A DNA stretch of 64,000 nucleotides, taken from positions 1 to 64,000 of IMG/VR virus record IMGVR_UViG_2824317532_000002. One strand, 5' to 3'. The stretch is from a virus (lineage: Duplodnaviria > Caudoviricetes). The notes beneath the pieces were generated by a model. It was not told where the DNA came from and ran no database searches. It was given only the letters and a program-made list of their open reading frames with translations. A program made the translations under genes and the position numbers. Positions 56,479-64,000 of the stretch are shown piece by piece; the first letter of the stretch is position 1; every line of letters begins with the position of its first letter.

Positions 56479-57927
56479 TTGTCCGTTACGACGGCTGACT
56501 CTGCCCTCGCCCAGGCTAAGGAGCTGCTCCGGATCATCCACAAGGATCGTCCCCGGTTGCAGCGAATCGACCGGTACGAGCGTGGCGATCACGATGACCC
56601 GTACATGCCGCCCCATGCGAGCGACGAGTACCGGCTGCTCGCGAAGCGGTCGGTGTCGAACTGGATGGGCGTACTCATCTCGACGCCGGTCCAGGCGATG
56701 TACGTCGACAACTTCCGGCGCGGCCAGGCTGCCGTGCGTGGCAGCGACGGGGCGGCGCTTCCGGAGTGGACGCACTGGCAGAACAGCCGGCTCGACGCCC
56801 GGCAGACCTCGGTGCACCGGGGCGCGGTGAAGTTTGGGCACTCCTTCACGATCACCGAGAAGACCGACAAGGGCACCCGCACCAAGGGTCTGAGCGCCCT
56901 GAACACCTCGGCCCTCTGGGAAGATCCGGCCAACGATGACGCCCCGGTGGTCGCGCTGACGATCACCCAGGAGGCGGCCGAAGGCAGCCGCGGCAAGGCC
57001 CGCATGTGGGACGGCGCTCTCGAGTACGAGGTGACGTTCGGCGCGCTGCTCGACGACGACAGCCTGACGGTCACGGAAGTCGGGAAGCACGGCAACAGCG
57101 AATGCCCGGTGACCCGGTTCGCCGCGCACATCGATCTCGAAGGCCGCACGGTCGGCGTGGTCGAGCCGCTGATCCCACTGCAAGACCGCATCAATCAAAC
57201 CATTATGGACTTGCTGGTCGCACAGTCCTATACCGCCCATGTGGTGCGTTATACGACCGGTATGGCGCCGCCGCTCAAGATGGTGCCAGTCAAGGACGAG
57301 TCCGGCGAGGTCGTCGACTGGCAGCCCGAGCGCGGCCCGGACGGACGGCCGATCCCAGCGAACATCAACGTCAACTCGTCGCGGTTCCTGTTCGCCGAGG
57401 ACCCGGACGTGCGGTTCGGCAGCCTCGAAGGCGGCCCGTTGTCGGGGTTCATCGAGTCGATCGACATGAGCATTCGCCACCTGGCCGCGATCGGCCAGAT
57501 GCCCCCGCACCACCTGCTGGGGCAGATCGCGAACCTGTCAGCGGAGGCCCTCCTGGCTGCAGAGACGGCGTTGAGCCGCAAGGTCGAAGAGTTCCGCAAG
57601 CTCATGGGCGAAGCCTGGGAACGCGTGTTCCGCCTGGCCGCCGAGCTTGAGGGTGTCGAGGCTTCCGCCCTGGACTACTCCGGCGAGGTCATCTGGCGCG
57701 ACATGGAGATGCGTTCACTCGCTCAGTCCGCCGATGGTCTCGGCAAGCTTCGCGAGCAGCTCGCCATCCCGGTCAAGGGCCTCTGGGCCCGGGTGCCCGG
57801 CGTGACCAAGAACGAGCTGGACCAATGGTCAGCGCTGGCCGAACAGGAGAATGCCGACCTGCAGCTCGTCGACGCGCTGCTCCGGTCGACCGGTGAGGAC
57901 CCGGCCGATGGCCGCGAGTCGCGCTGA
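56479..57927 (+). CDS. Portal protein (SPP1 gp6-like)
   Basis: PLQDRINQT, NLSAEALLAAE, GEAWERVFRLA. Confidence 0.93.
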   Translation: MSVTTADSALAQAKELLRIIHKDRPRLQRIDRYERGDHDDPYMPPHASDEYRLLAKRSVSNWMGVLISTPVQAMYVDNFRRGQAAVRGSDGAALPEWTHWQNSRLDARQTSVHRGAVKFGHSFTITEKTDKGTRTKGLSALNTSALWEDPANDDAPVVALTITQEAAEGSRGKARMWDGALEYEVTFGALLDDDSLTVTEVGKHGNSECPVTRFAAHIDLEGRTVGVVEPLIPLQDRINQTIMDLLVAQSYTAHVVRYTTGMAPPLKMVPVKDESGEVVDWQPERGPDGRPIPANINVNSSRFLFAEDPDVRFGSLEGGPLSGFIESIDMSIRHLAAIGQMPPHHLLGQIANLSAEALLAAETALSRKVEEFRKLMGEAWERVFRLAAELEGVEASALDYSGEVIWRDMEMRSLAQSADGLGKLREQLAIPVKGLWARVPGVTKNELDQWSALAEQENADLQLVDALLRSTGEDPADGRESR

Positions 57928-58891
57928 CGAGGCCGAGCGCGCGGCGGTCGCCTACAACATCGCCCTGAACAAGATCGGCGCGACGACGGTCCAGGAAGCG
58001 ATCAAGCTGTGGGGCCGCATGCCGACCGCGCAGACGCGGGCGGTGTCCGCGGCCTGGTTGAACCAGGCGCTCAAGCTGATCAGCACACAACGCGGGCGCT
58101 CCCGCGAGCTGGCGCTCGCCTACTACCGGCTGGTCCGCGCGCTGCGGACCGGTAAGACGGTGGCCGACCCGTACCACCCCATTCCTTCCCACGTCACGCT
58201 GGCCGACCTGCGGCGTGAGTTCGCCACCCTGGCCGGCCAGGAAGACGACGACCAGGGTGGCGGGGACACGCGGGTTGAGGTGGAGAAGCTTCCGGGCCTG
58301 GGTAGCGCGATGGACCGCATTGAGCGGGCATCCGTGGCCGAGGCCCGGGACTCTTTGATCAACCTCGGGCCTCGCAACTACGTCGACAAGATTAAGGCCG
58401 TCGACACGAGCAAGCCGGCCGTCGGGGTCGACGCTGCCCGCGAGACCGCACACAAGGAAGCCGGTAATCGGCAGGCCGCATCCGCGGCTCGACTCGCCAT
58501 GAACGGTGCCAGGAGCACCGTGTGGGTGGCGCACGAGCAGGACGGCCGAGCCATCGGCTACGTGCGGCTGAGCAGGACCGGAACCCCGTGCGGGTTCTGC
58601 GCGATGTTGATCAGCCGGGGCGCCGCGTACAAGAGCGAACGCGCGGCCACGTATGCGGACGGCGACCTGTTTCACGACAACTGCATGTGCTACGCCGAGC
58701 CCGTCTTCTCCAAGGACCAGTTCGGCAGTGGCGACCTGTACGCCCTCAACCGGCAGTACAGCGAGCAGTGGCCCGAGGTCACCAAGGGCCTGAGCGGCAG
58801 AGCCGCACTCAGCGCATGGCGGCGCTTCATCCGCCAAGAACAGAAAGCCTCTGCCCAGGCGGCGAGGTCAGCCAGCGTCCAGGAGGCGTAA
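57908..58891 (+). CDS. MuF-like / capsid maturation protein
   Basis: PCGFCAMLISRG...FHDNCMCYAEPVF. Confidence 0.8.
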   Translation: MAASRADEAERAAVAYNIALNKIGATTVQEAIKLWGRMPTAQTRAVSAAWLNQALKLISTQRGRSRELALAYYRLVRALRTGKTVADPYHPIPSHVTLADLRREFATLAGQEDDDQGGGDTRVEVEKLPGLGSAMDRIERASVAEARDSLINLGPRNYVDKIKAVDTSKPAVGVDAARETAHKEAGNRQAASAARLAMNGARSTVWVAHEQDGRAIGYVRLSRTGTPCGFCAMLISRGAAYKSERAATYADGDLFHDNCMCYAEPVFSKDQFGSGDLYALNRQYSEQWPEVTKGLSGRAALSAWRRFIRQEQKASAQAARSASVQEA

Positions 58892-58895
58892 CCCC

Positions 58896-59417
58896 GTGCC
58901 ACCCGAAGAGACCCCCACCCCCACCACTGAGACCGAGTCGACCGAGACTGCCGAGACGCCCGTCGAGTCCCCGGAGGACACCGCCGGAGAGACCGCAGGC
59001 GAGACGAAGTCCCAGGAAGACGAGCTTCCCGAGTGGGCGCGCAAGGCGCTGACCAAGGCCAACGCGGAGGCAGCGAACTACCGCACCCGCGCGAAGGAGG
59101 CCGAGGCCAAGCTCGCCGGCGCGAAGACTCCGGAAGAGCTGGAAGCCGTGGTGAAGGAGATCACCGCCCGCGCCGAGAAGGCCGAGCGGTTCCTGCTGGT
59201 CTCCGATGTGGCGCGCAAGCACGACCTGCCGGACGAGCTGGCAGAGGTTCTCAAGGGCGAGACCCGCGAGGACCTGGAGGCGCACGCCAAGAAGCTCGCC
59301 AAGTTCGCGACCCCCGTAAAGCCGCGGGTGCTGCGCGGCGGCCTGGACCCGGTCGACGACGACGGTTCGCCGAACGACCCGCGCGAGCTGGCCCGCAAGT
59401 ACGGCGGACGCCGCTAA
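58896..59417 (+). CDS. Scaffolding protein
   Basis: Acidic N-terminus, LPEWAR..ANAEAANYR, LKGETREDLEAHAKKL. Confidence 0.85.
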   Translation: MPPEETPTPTTETESTETAETPVESPEDTAGETAGETKSQEDELPEWARKALTKANAEAANYRTRAKEAEAKLAGAKTPEELEAVVKEITARAEKAERFLLVSDVARKHDLPDELAEVLKGETREDLEAHAKKLAKFATPVKPRVLRGGLDPVDDDGSPNDPRELARKYGGRR

Positions 59418-59485
59418 CCGAACCCCCTCGAATCCCTGAGCCCCGCGCCTGATGGCCGGGGCTTTCTTCATGCCCGGAGGCATAA

Positions 59486-60541
59486 GTGGCTGAGCATCTC
59501 CTCGTCAAGCCGGAAAAGCTGATCGCTACGGCGGTCGGCATGCTGGAGCAGGAGCTGGTCGTTCCTTCCCTGTTCACCAAGCACAGCATCGACCAGTACA
59601 AGGGCGCCGACAACGACACCGTGTCCGTGCCGGTCGAGGGCGTGCTGCCGTTCCACGAGTACGCGTGGCGCAACGACCGGTCGGCTCCGATCGTGTTCGA
59701 CGAGTACAAGGAGACCAAGGTCGCCACGACCTTCGGTGGCAACGTGTACTCGGCCGTGCAGCTCACGGACGAGCAGTACGACATGGACCTGAACGGCTGG
59801 GCGAAGCTGCTCAAGCCGCAGGTGAAGGCCGTGGCCCGGGGCCTGTCGCGGCGCGCTGTGGCCCGGCTGACCGGTGCGGCGTACAACGTCGTCATCGGTA
59901 ATGCCGAGCGGAACCTGCGCGGTGCGATCACCGAGGCGCGGCGCGTGCTGAACAAGTTCAACGTGCCGGATGGCTCCCGCTACCTGCTCGTCGGTACCGA
60001 CTTCGAGAGCGCGCTGCTCAATGACGAGAAGCTGAACCTGGCGAGCAACGTTGGCGACAGTGACGCGCAGTCCGCGCTGCGGTCGGCGAGCCTGGCCCCG
60101 CGCATGGGCTTCAACATCGTGGTCTCCCAGGAGATCCCGAGCGACGCCGCGTTCGCGTTCGCGTCGAGCGCGTTCATCTTCCTCAACGCGGCCCCGGCCG
60201 TTCCGCAGTCCGTGCCGTTCGGTGCCACCCAGGGCTTCGAGGGCGTGTCCCTGCGCTGGGTGCGCGACTACGACCCGCTCTACATGCGGGACCGGTCGGT
60301 CGTGAACACCTACGCCGGCTTCCAGGATGTCAAGGACACCCTGGTCGGCTGGGATGCGGTGCTGGAGAAGGAGGTCGTGTCGACCTCGCAGCACTTCGTG
60401 CGCGGCATCAAGCTCACCCTCGACGGCGCGAGCAACTACCCGCCGGCCGCGAGCGAGCTGGCCACCATCACCGGCATCTCCGACGCCTCGGTGTGGACCC
60501 CGACCGGCCGCTTCGCTGAGGGCAACGCGGCGAACGCCTGA
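59486..60541 (+). CDS. Major capsid protein
   Basis: 351 aa after scaffold; VYSAVQLTDEQ, VSLRWVRDYD. Confidence 0.9.
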   Translation: MAEHLLVKPEKLIATAVGMLEQELVVPSLFTKHSIDQYKGADNDTVSVPVEGVLPFHEYAWRNDRSAPIVFDEYKETKVATTFGGNVYSAVQLTDEQYDMDLNGWAKLLKPQVKAVARGLSRRAVARLTGAAYNVVIGNAERNLRGAITEARRVLNKFNVPDGSRYLLVGTDFESALLNDEKLNLASNVGDSDAQSALRSASLAPRMGFNIVVSQEIPSDAAFAFASSAFIFLNAAPAVPQSVPFGATQGFEGVSLRWVRDYDPLYMRDRSVVNTYAGFQDVKDTLVGWDAVLEKEVVSTSQHFVRGIKLTLDGASNYPPAASELATITGISDASVWTPTGRFAEGNAANA

Positions 60542-60549
60542 TCCATCTG

Positions 60550-60587
60550 AACGGGCAGGGTGTTTAGTCATAACCGCCCTGCCCGTT
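60550..60587 (+). terminator. Hairpin after capsid gene, containing the 13-bp motif
   Basis: AACGGGCAGGGTG...CGCCCTGCCCGTT. Confidence 0.6.
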
Positions 60588-60609
60588 TCGAGGCAGTGAG
60601 GAGAACCCC

Positions 60610-61086
60610 ATGGATCCCTACGCCACCATGGAAGAACTGGTGGCCCGCCTCGACTGGGAGATGGACGAGGACGAGGAGCGCATCGCCGCCTCTGCACTCG
60701 AAGATGCTTCCGACGAAGCCCGCCACCACGGCCGGGACTGGGACGCGGAGACCGCTCCTCGCCTGGTGAAGACGCTCGTCCTCAAGGCGGTCATCCGCTA
60801 TCTGCGCAACCCTGACGGCTACGTCAGTTCGCGGGCTGGCGACGAGACGCTGACCTGGTCGGACCGCGGCGCGACCTCGGGCACCCTGCAGTTCACCCGC
60901 GACGAGATCGCCCTGCTCAAGGATCTGGCCGGGCGCCGGTCCGGCATCATCTCCGCCCAGGTGTCGGCTTGGGGTACGAGCCTGCACCGCAATCGCAGGC
61001 TCGGCAACTGCGAGCCCCCCGGCTACGTGCCCAGCTCCGAGGGCGCGCATTTCCCGCTGTTCCCGTCCGAGGCGGACAACTGGTGA
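60610..61086 (+). CDS. Head-to-tail adaptor
   Basis: PYATMEEL, LEDAS, YLRNPDGY..AGDE. Confidence 0.85.
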   Translation: MDPYATMEELVARLDWEMDEDEERIAASALEDASDEARHHGRDWDAETAPRLVKTLVLKAVIRYLRNPDGYVSSRAGDETLTWSDRGATSGTLQFTRDEIALLKDLAGRRSGIISAQVSAWGTSLHRNRRLGNCEPPGYVPSSEGAHFPLFPSEADNW

Positions 61087-61421
61087 GCTTCCAGCGACGA
61101 CGGCACGGGCAGCCCGCGACCGTCTATCAGTCCAGGACGGTCACCGACAGCCGCGGCAACGACGTCAAGATCGTCGACCTGGACGCGCCGATCGAGGTGC
61201 GCGCGGTGTTCATCCCGCAGCGATCCAGCAAGGCGGAGGTGCCCGGCCAGGCGCAGATCAACGTGTATCGGATGATCGTGCGCCCCGATCTGCCGGGCGT
61301 GGACCTGTGGTCCCGCGTCACCTGGAACGGCCGGGACTGGGATGTGGTCACCCCGCCGTCACACCGGCACGGCACCCGCCGAACCCGGCACTGGTCGATC
61401 GACATTCGGGAGCGGCCCTGA
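61083..61421 (+). CDS. Head-to-tail stopper
   Basis: DSRGN, WSRVTWNGRDWDVVTPP. Confidence 0.8.
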   Translation: MSFQRRRHGQPATVYQSRTVTDSRGNDVKIVDLDAPIEVRAVFIPQRSSKAEVPGQAQINVYRMIVRPDLPGVDLWSRVTWNGRDWDVVTPPSHRHGTRRTRHWSIDIRERP

Positions 61422-61858
61422 TGGCGCACCTGTTCAAGAGGATCAAGGGGATGAAGTGGGAGCGAGCCATCGCCGCCCACGTCGACGTGCAGGACGATCT
61501 CGGCCGCCGGGCCTTCGCGATGAAGGCGACCGGTGACCGGATTCTGCAGGAGACCCCGTCCGCCAAGCAGCGGGCCGCGGGCCTGACCACCGAAGGCCAC
61601 TCGGAAATCCGGGTGGAGATGGGTGACGAGACCGACTGGTATGTAGTGCTGTCCGACGACCGCGGCGACAAGGCCGCGGCTGCGATCGAGTACGGCCGGG
61701 CCGGCTACATCGACCCGGACACGGGTGAACGATACGGCGGCACCGAGGGCCTGAACGTGCTGCACCGGGCGACCGGCGGCAAGCTCGCGAAGCGCGGCAA
61801 GGTCAAGCTTCCGGTCACGCGCAAGCGCCGTAAGCGGCGCGGATGGTTCGTGACCTGA
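61421..61858 (+). CDS. Neck protein (DUF5403-like)
   Basis: AAAIEYGR, EGLNVLHRA. Confidence 0.7.
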   Translation: MAHLFKRIKGMKWERAIAAHVDVQDDLGRRAFAMKATGDRILQETPSAKQRAAGLTTEGHSEIRVEMGDETDWYVVLSDDRGDKAAAAIEYGRAGYIDPDTGERYGGTEGLNVLHRATGGKLAKRGKVKLPVTRKRRKRRGWFVT

Positions 61859-62349
61859 TGGCTGGACTTCCCCCCGCTGTGCGGGCCCTCGTGGAGATGA
61901 GCCCGGTTGAGGATTTCGTTCAGGCTGTACTCGCCGAGGCGCTTCCGGGTGTCAACGTGCAGACCCTGATTCAGCCGGCCCAGGCGTTCCCGCTGGTTTT
62001 GATTCGCCGCTACCCGCAGGTCGGTGACTGGTCCGGCGACACCCGCTTTGTCGATGTCGCGGACATGATCATCCACACGTTCGCCGAGGATCCGGACGGC
62101 GACGAGGATGCCGCCCTGCTGGCCGAGGCCGTGCGGGTGGTGCTGCGTGACGCCTGGCTGCTCAACCGCATCGTTCCCGGTCGCGGCCACCTGGTCCGGT
62201 ACGAGATGACCTCCGCCCCGCGACGGGCCACCGACTGGGCTACGGCCACCGGGCCGGTGCAATACGCGGACCTGCCGTCCGGCGTCTGGCGCTACGAGAC
62301 CCTCTTCCGGCTCGCGGTTCGCAAGCCGAAGACCAAGCCCTTCTCCTGA
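61858..62349 (+). CDS. Tail terminator
   Basis: DPDGDEDAALLAEAV, GVWRYE; position. Confidence 0.75.
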   Translation: MAGLPPAVRALVEMSPVEDFVQAVLAEALPGVNVQTLIQPAQAFPLVLIRRYPQVGDWSGDTRFVDVADMIIHTFAEDPDGDEDAALLAEAVRVVLRDAWLLNRIVPGRGHLVRYEMTSAPRRATDWATATGPVQYADLPSGVWRYETLFRLAVRKPKTKPFS

Positions 62350-62415
62350 CCCCTTCCACGTCACCCCGCCCTATGCCGGCGGGGCTTTCGGCGTGCCCTC
62401 GAAAGGACCCCCTCA

Positions 62416-62964
62416 GTGCTGAACGACGCCGCGACCCTCGTCATCGGCTCCGGCAACTACTTCACCGCGCCGACCGGAACCACCCTGCCGGCCATGCTCA
62501 CGGCGGTCACCACGCCGTGGGAGAACGTCGGCCACACCAGCCTGGAGGACATCTTCTCGGTGACCTCCGAGGGCGGCGAGGCCACCACGGTCGGCACGCT
62601 GCAGGCCAAGGCCCTGCGGACCACGTACTCCACGCGGACCGAGACCATCGCGATCACCCTGCAGCAGTTCGACAAGCCCGCGCTCAAGCTCTACTACGGC
62701 TCCAACTCGGTCGAGCTGCCCAACGGCCTGATCGGTGTGCCGGAATCCCCGGTGCCGACCACCTGCGCCTTCCTGGCCGTCTTCATCGACGGCGAGAACG
62801 TCTTCGCGATCTACGCACCGAAGGCCGAGATCTACCGCAACGACGACCTGGCGGCCTCGGACACCGAGAGCCTCGCCGGTTTGCCGCTGGGGGTCAAGCC
62901 TCTGGCGCACTCCACCAACGAGTGGACGTACGCGGTCACTCCGCTGGATGCCGTCGAGCCCTGA
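62416..62964 (+). CDS. Major tail protein
   Basis: WENVGHTSLED, EGGE, LQQFD..LKLYYG. Confidence 0.9.
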   Translation: MLNDAATLVIGSGNYFTAPTGTTLPAMLTAVTTPWENVGHTSLEDIFSVTSEGGEATTVGTLQAKALRTTYSTRTETIAITLQQFDKPALKLYYGSNSVELPNGLIGVPESPVPTTCAFLAVFIDGENVFAIYAPKAEIYRNDDLAASDTESLAGLPLGVKPLAHSTNEWTYAVTPLDAVEP

Positions 62965-63067
62965 TCCCTCGAACCCCCGAGCGCGTGAGCTGCGGACCCT
63001 CACGCGCTCGGGTTTCCACCTGGTCCGCGCCCCGTCTTCATCCCTTTCACCCGGAGGTCCGCACCCC

Positions 63068-63409
63068 GTGTCCACGTTCACGCTCGACTCCATCCGCGAA
63101 GCCGCCGAAGCCAAGTACGGCTCGACCGATATCGAACTCCCGAACGGCTCGGAGGTTCGGCTGGTCAACGTCCTCAAGCTCAAGAAGGACAAGCGCGCTG
63201 CCCTGATCGCCCTGCAGGACGGCATGCGTGAGGACGGCGCCGACCAGGAGGAGATGATCAACGAAGCGTTCCGGCTCGTCGCCGCCACGCCGGCCCAGGC
63301 CGAGGCGCTCATCGAGGCGATCGAGGGCGATCTGACCGTGGCCGCCGAGCTGTTCCAGCGCTACGTCAAGGGCACTCAGGTGGGGGAAGCCTCGGGCTCG
63401 CAGGGCTGA
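63068..63409 (+). CDS. Tail assembly chaperone gpG
   Basis: FTLDSIREAAEAKYG...TQVGEA; GGGGGAA slippery site at 63382-63388. Confidence 0.9.
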   Translation: MSTFTLDSIREAAEAKYGSTDIELPNGSEVRLVNVLKLKKDKRAALIALQDGMREDGADQEEMINEAFRLVAATPAQAEALIEAIEGDLTVAAELFQRYVKGTQVGEASGSQG

Positions 63410-63774
63410 TCGACCAATACGGCGAGGGGGTCTACCGGGACCTGCGTCTCTTCTACGGGATCGACCTGATCTCCGTAATCAACGGAGACGGTCCCGCCCC
63501 CTCGCTCGTGGTCGCGCTCGTGACGGGCCTACCCGACACCTCCTATACCGCGGCCCTCGCGTCGGGCGGTCGCGAGTTCCTCGGCTGGGGAATGGACCGC
63601 CAGTTGCTCGCCGGGTTGTACGACGCACTCAACGTGAACACCCGGGCGACCGGCCAATGGCGCAAGAGGCCGCCGGAGTTGCCGGCGTGGCCGCGCCCGA
63701 AGTCGGCCACCAAGCCCGAGCGCAAGAAGCCGGTCACGGTGGCCTCCCTCTACTCCCAAATGCAGCGGAGGTAG
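63385..63774 (+). CDS. Tail assembly chaperone gpT (-1 frameshift extension)
   Basis: -1 frame open from slippery site: GSLGLAGLIDQYGEGVYRDLRLFYGIDL... Confidence 0.85.
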   Translation, partial: GSLGLAGLIDQYGEGVYRDLRLFYGIDLISVINGDGPAPSLVVALVTGLPDTSYTAALASGGREFLGWGMDRQLLAGLYDALNVNTRATGQWRKRPPELPAWPRPKSATKPERKKPVTVASLYSQMQRR

Positions 63775-63777
63775 CCC

Positions 63778-64000
63778 ATGCCCAGCGGCGAACTGATTGG
63801 CCGCCTCAAGGTCAAGATCCTGCCCGATACCTCGGAGTTCAAGGCCAGGGCGCAACGCCAGCTCAACAACATCGAGGACGACCTCGATGACATGGAAGTC
63901 ACGATCCATGCCCGTGTCGATGACGAAGGCGTGGAGAAGGACGCCGAGGCGGCGGAGCGCAAGGCCCAGAACGCGGTCGACGGCATCACGATCAAGGTCG
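63778..64000 (+). CDS. Tape measure protein (5' part, truncated by window)
   Basis: MPSGELIGRLKVKILPDTSEF, typical actinophage TMP N-terminus. Confidence 0.85.
   Translation, partial: MPSGELIGRLKVKILPDTSEFKARAQRQLNNIEDDLDDMEVTIHARVDDEGVEKDAEAAERKAQNAVDGITIKV

Larger units (their letters stand above)
39424..64000. mobile_element. Prophage 2 (serine integrase; R4/cluster BD-like organisation); continues beyond window
   Basis: att-int-leftward early arm-non-coding ends-rightward terminase/portal/capsid/tail operon. Confidence 0.93.

Overview
High-GC actinomycete DNA, probably Micromonosporaceae such as Actinoplanes (inferred from gene content only). The window is almost entirely two prophages around a ~2.2 kb host island. 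Prophage 1 (<1 to ~37.2 kb) is an HK97-type siphovirus with a tyrosine integrase at the 3' end of tRNA-Thr(CGT). Its lysis, tail, head, packaging, replication and recombination genes run leftward, and its left att site is not in the window. The host island holds the tRNA, a membrane metallophosphoesterase and the cut-off 3' end of a PSP1/RicT(YaaT)-like gene. Prophage 2 (~39.43 kb to >64 kb) has a serine integrase and an R4/cluster BD-like layout: leftward early arm (thyX, DUF5664, hicAB, acidic proteins), a non-coding end/ori region, then a rightward morphogenesis operon. The most notable signal is in the intergenic spacers of prophage 2's first early genes: a pseudoknotted type II hammerhead ribozyme with a variant core and two D-arm-less tRNA-like three-way junctions, suggesting RNA-based processing of a putative anti-defence transcript. 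Other signals are ricT disruption at the att site, a polar 13-bp stoperator-like motif, a GT2 glycosyltransferase in a head module, a +1 tail-chaperone frameshift, a free-standing EndoVII nuclease beside a recoded capsid 3' end, and iteron/DnaA-box clusters. All calls come from reading the sequence by eye; no database searches were run.
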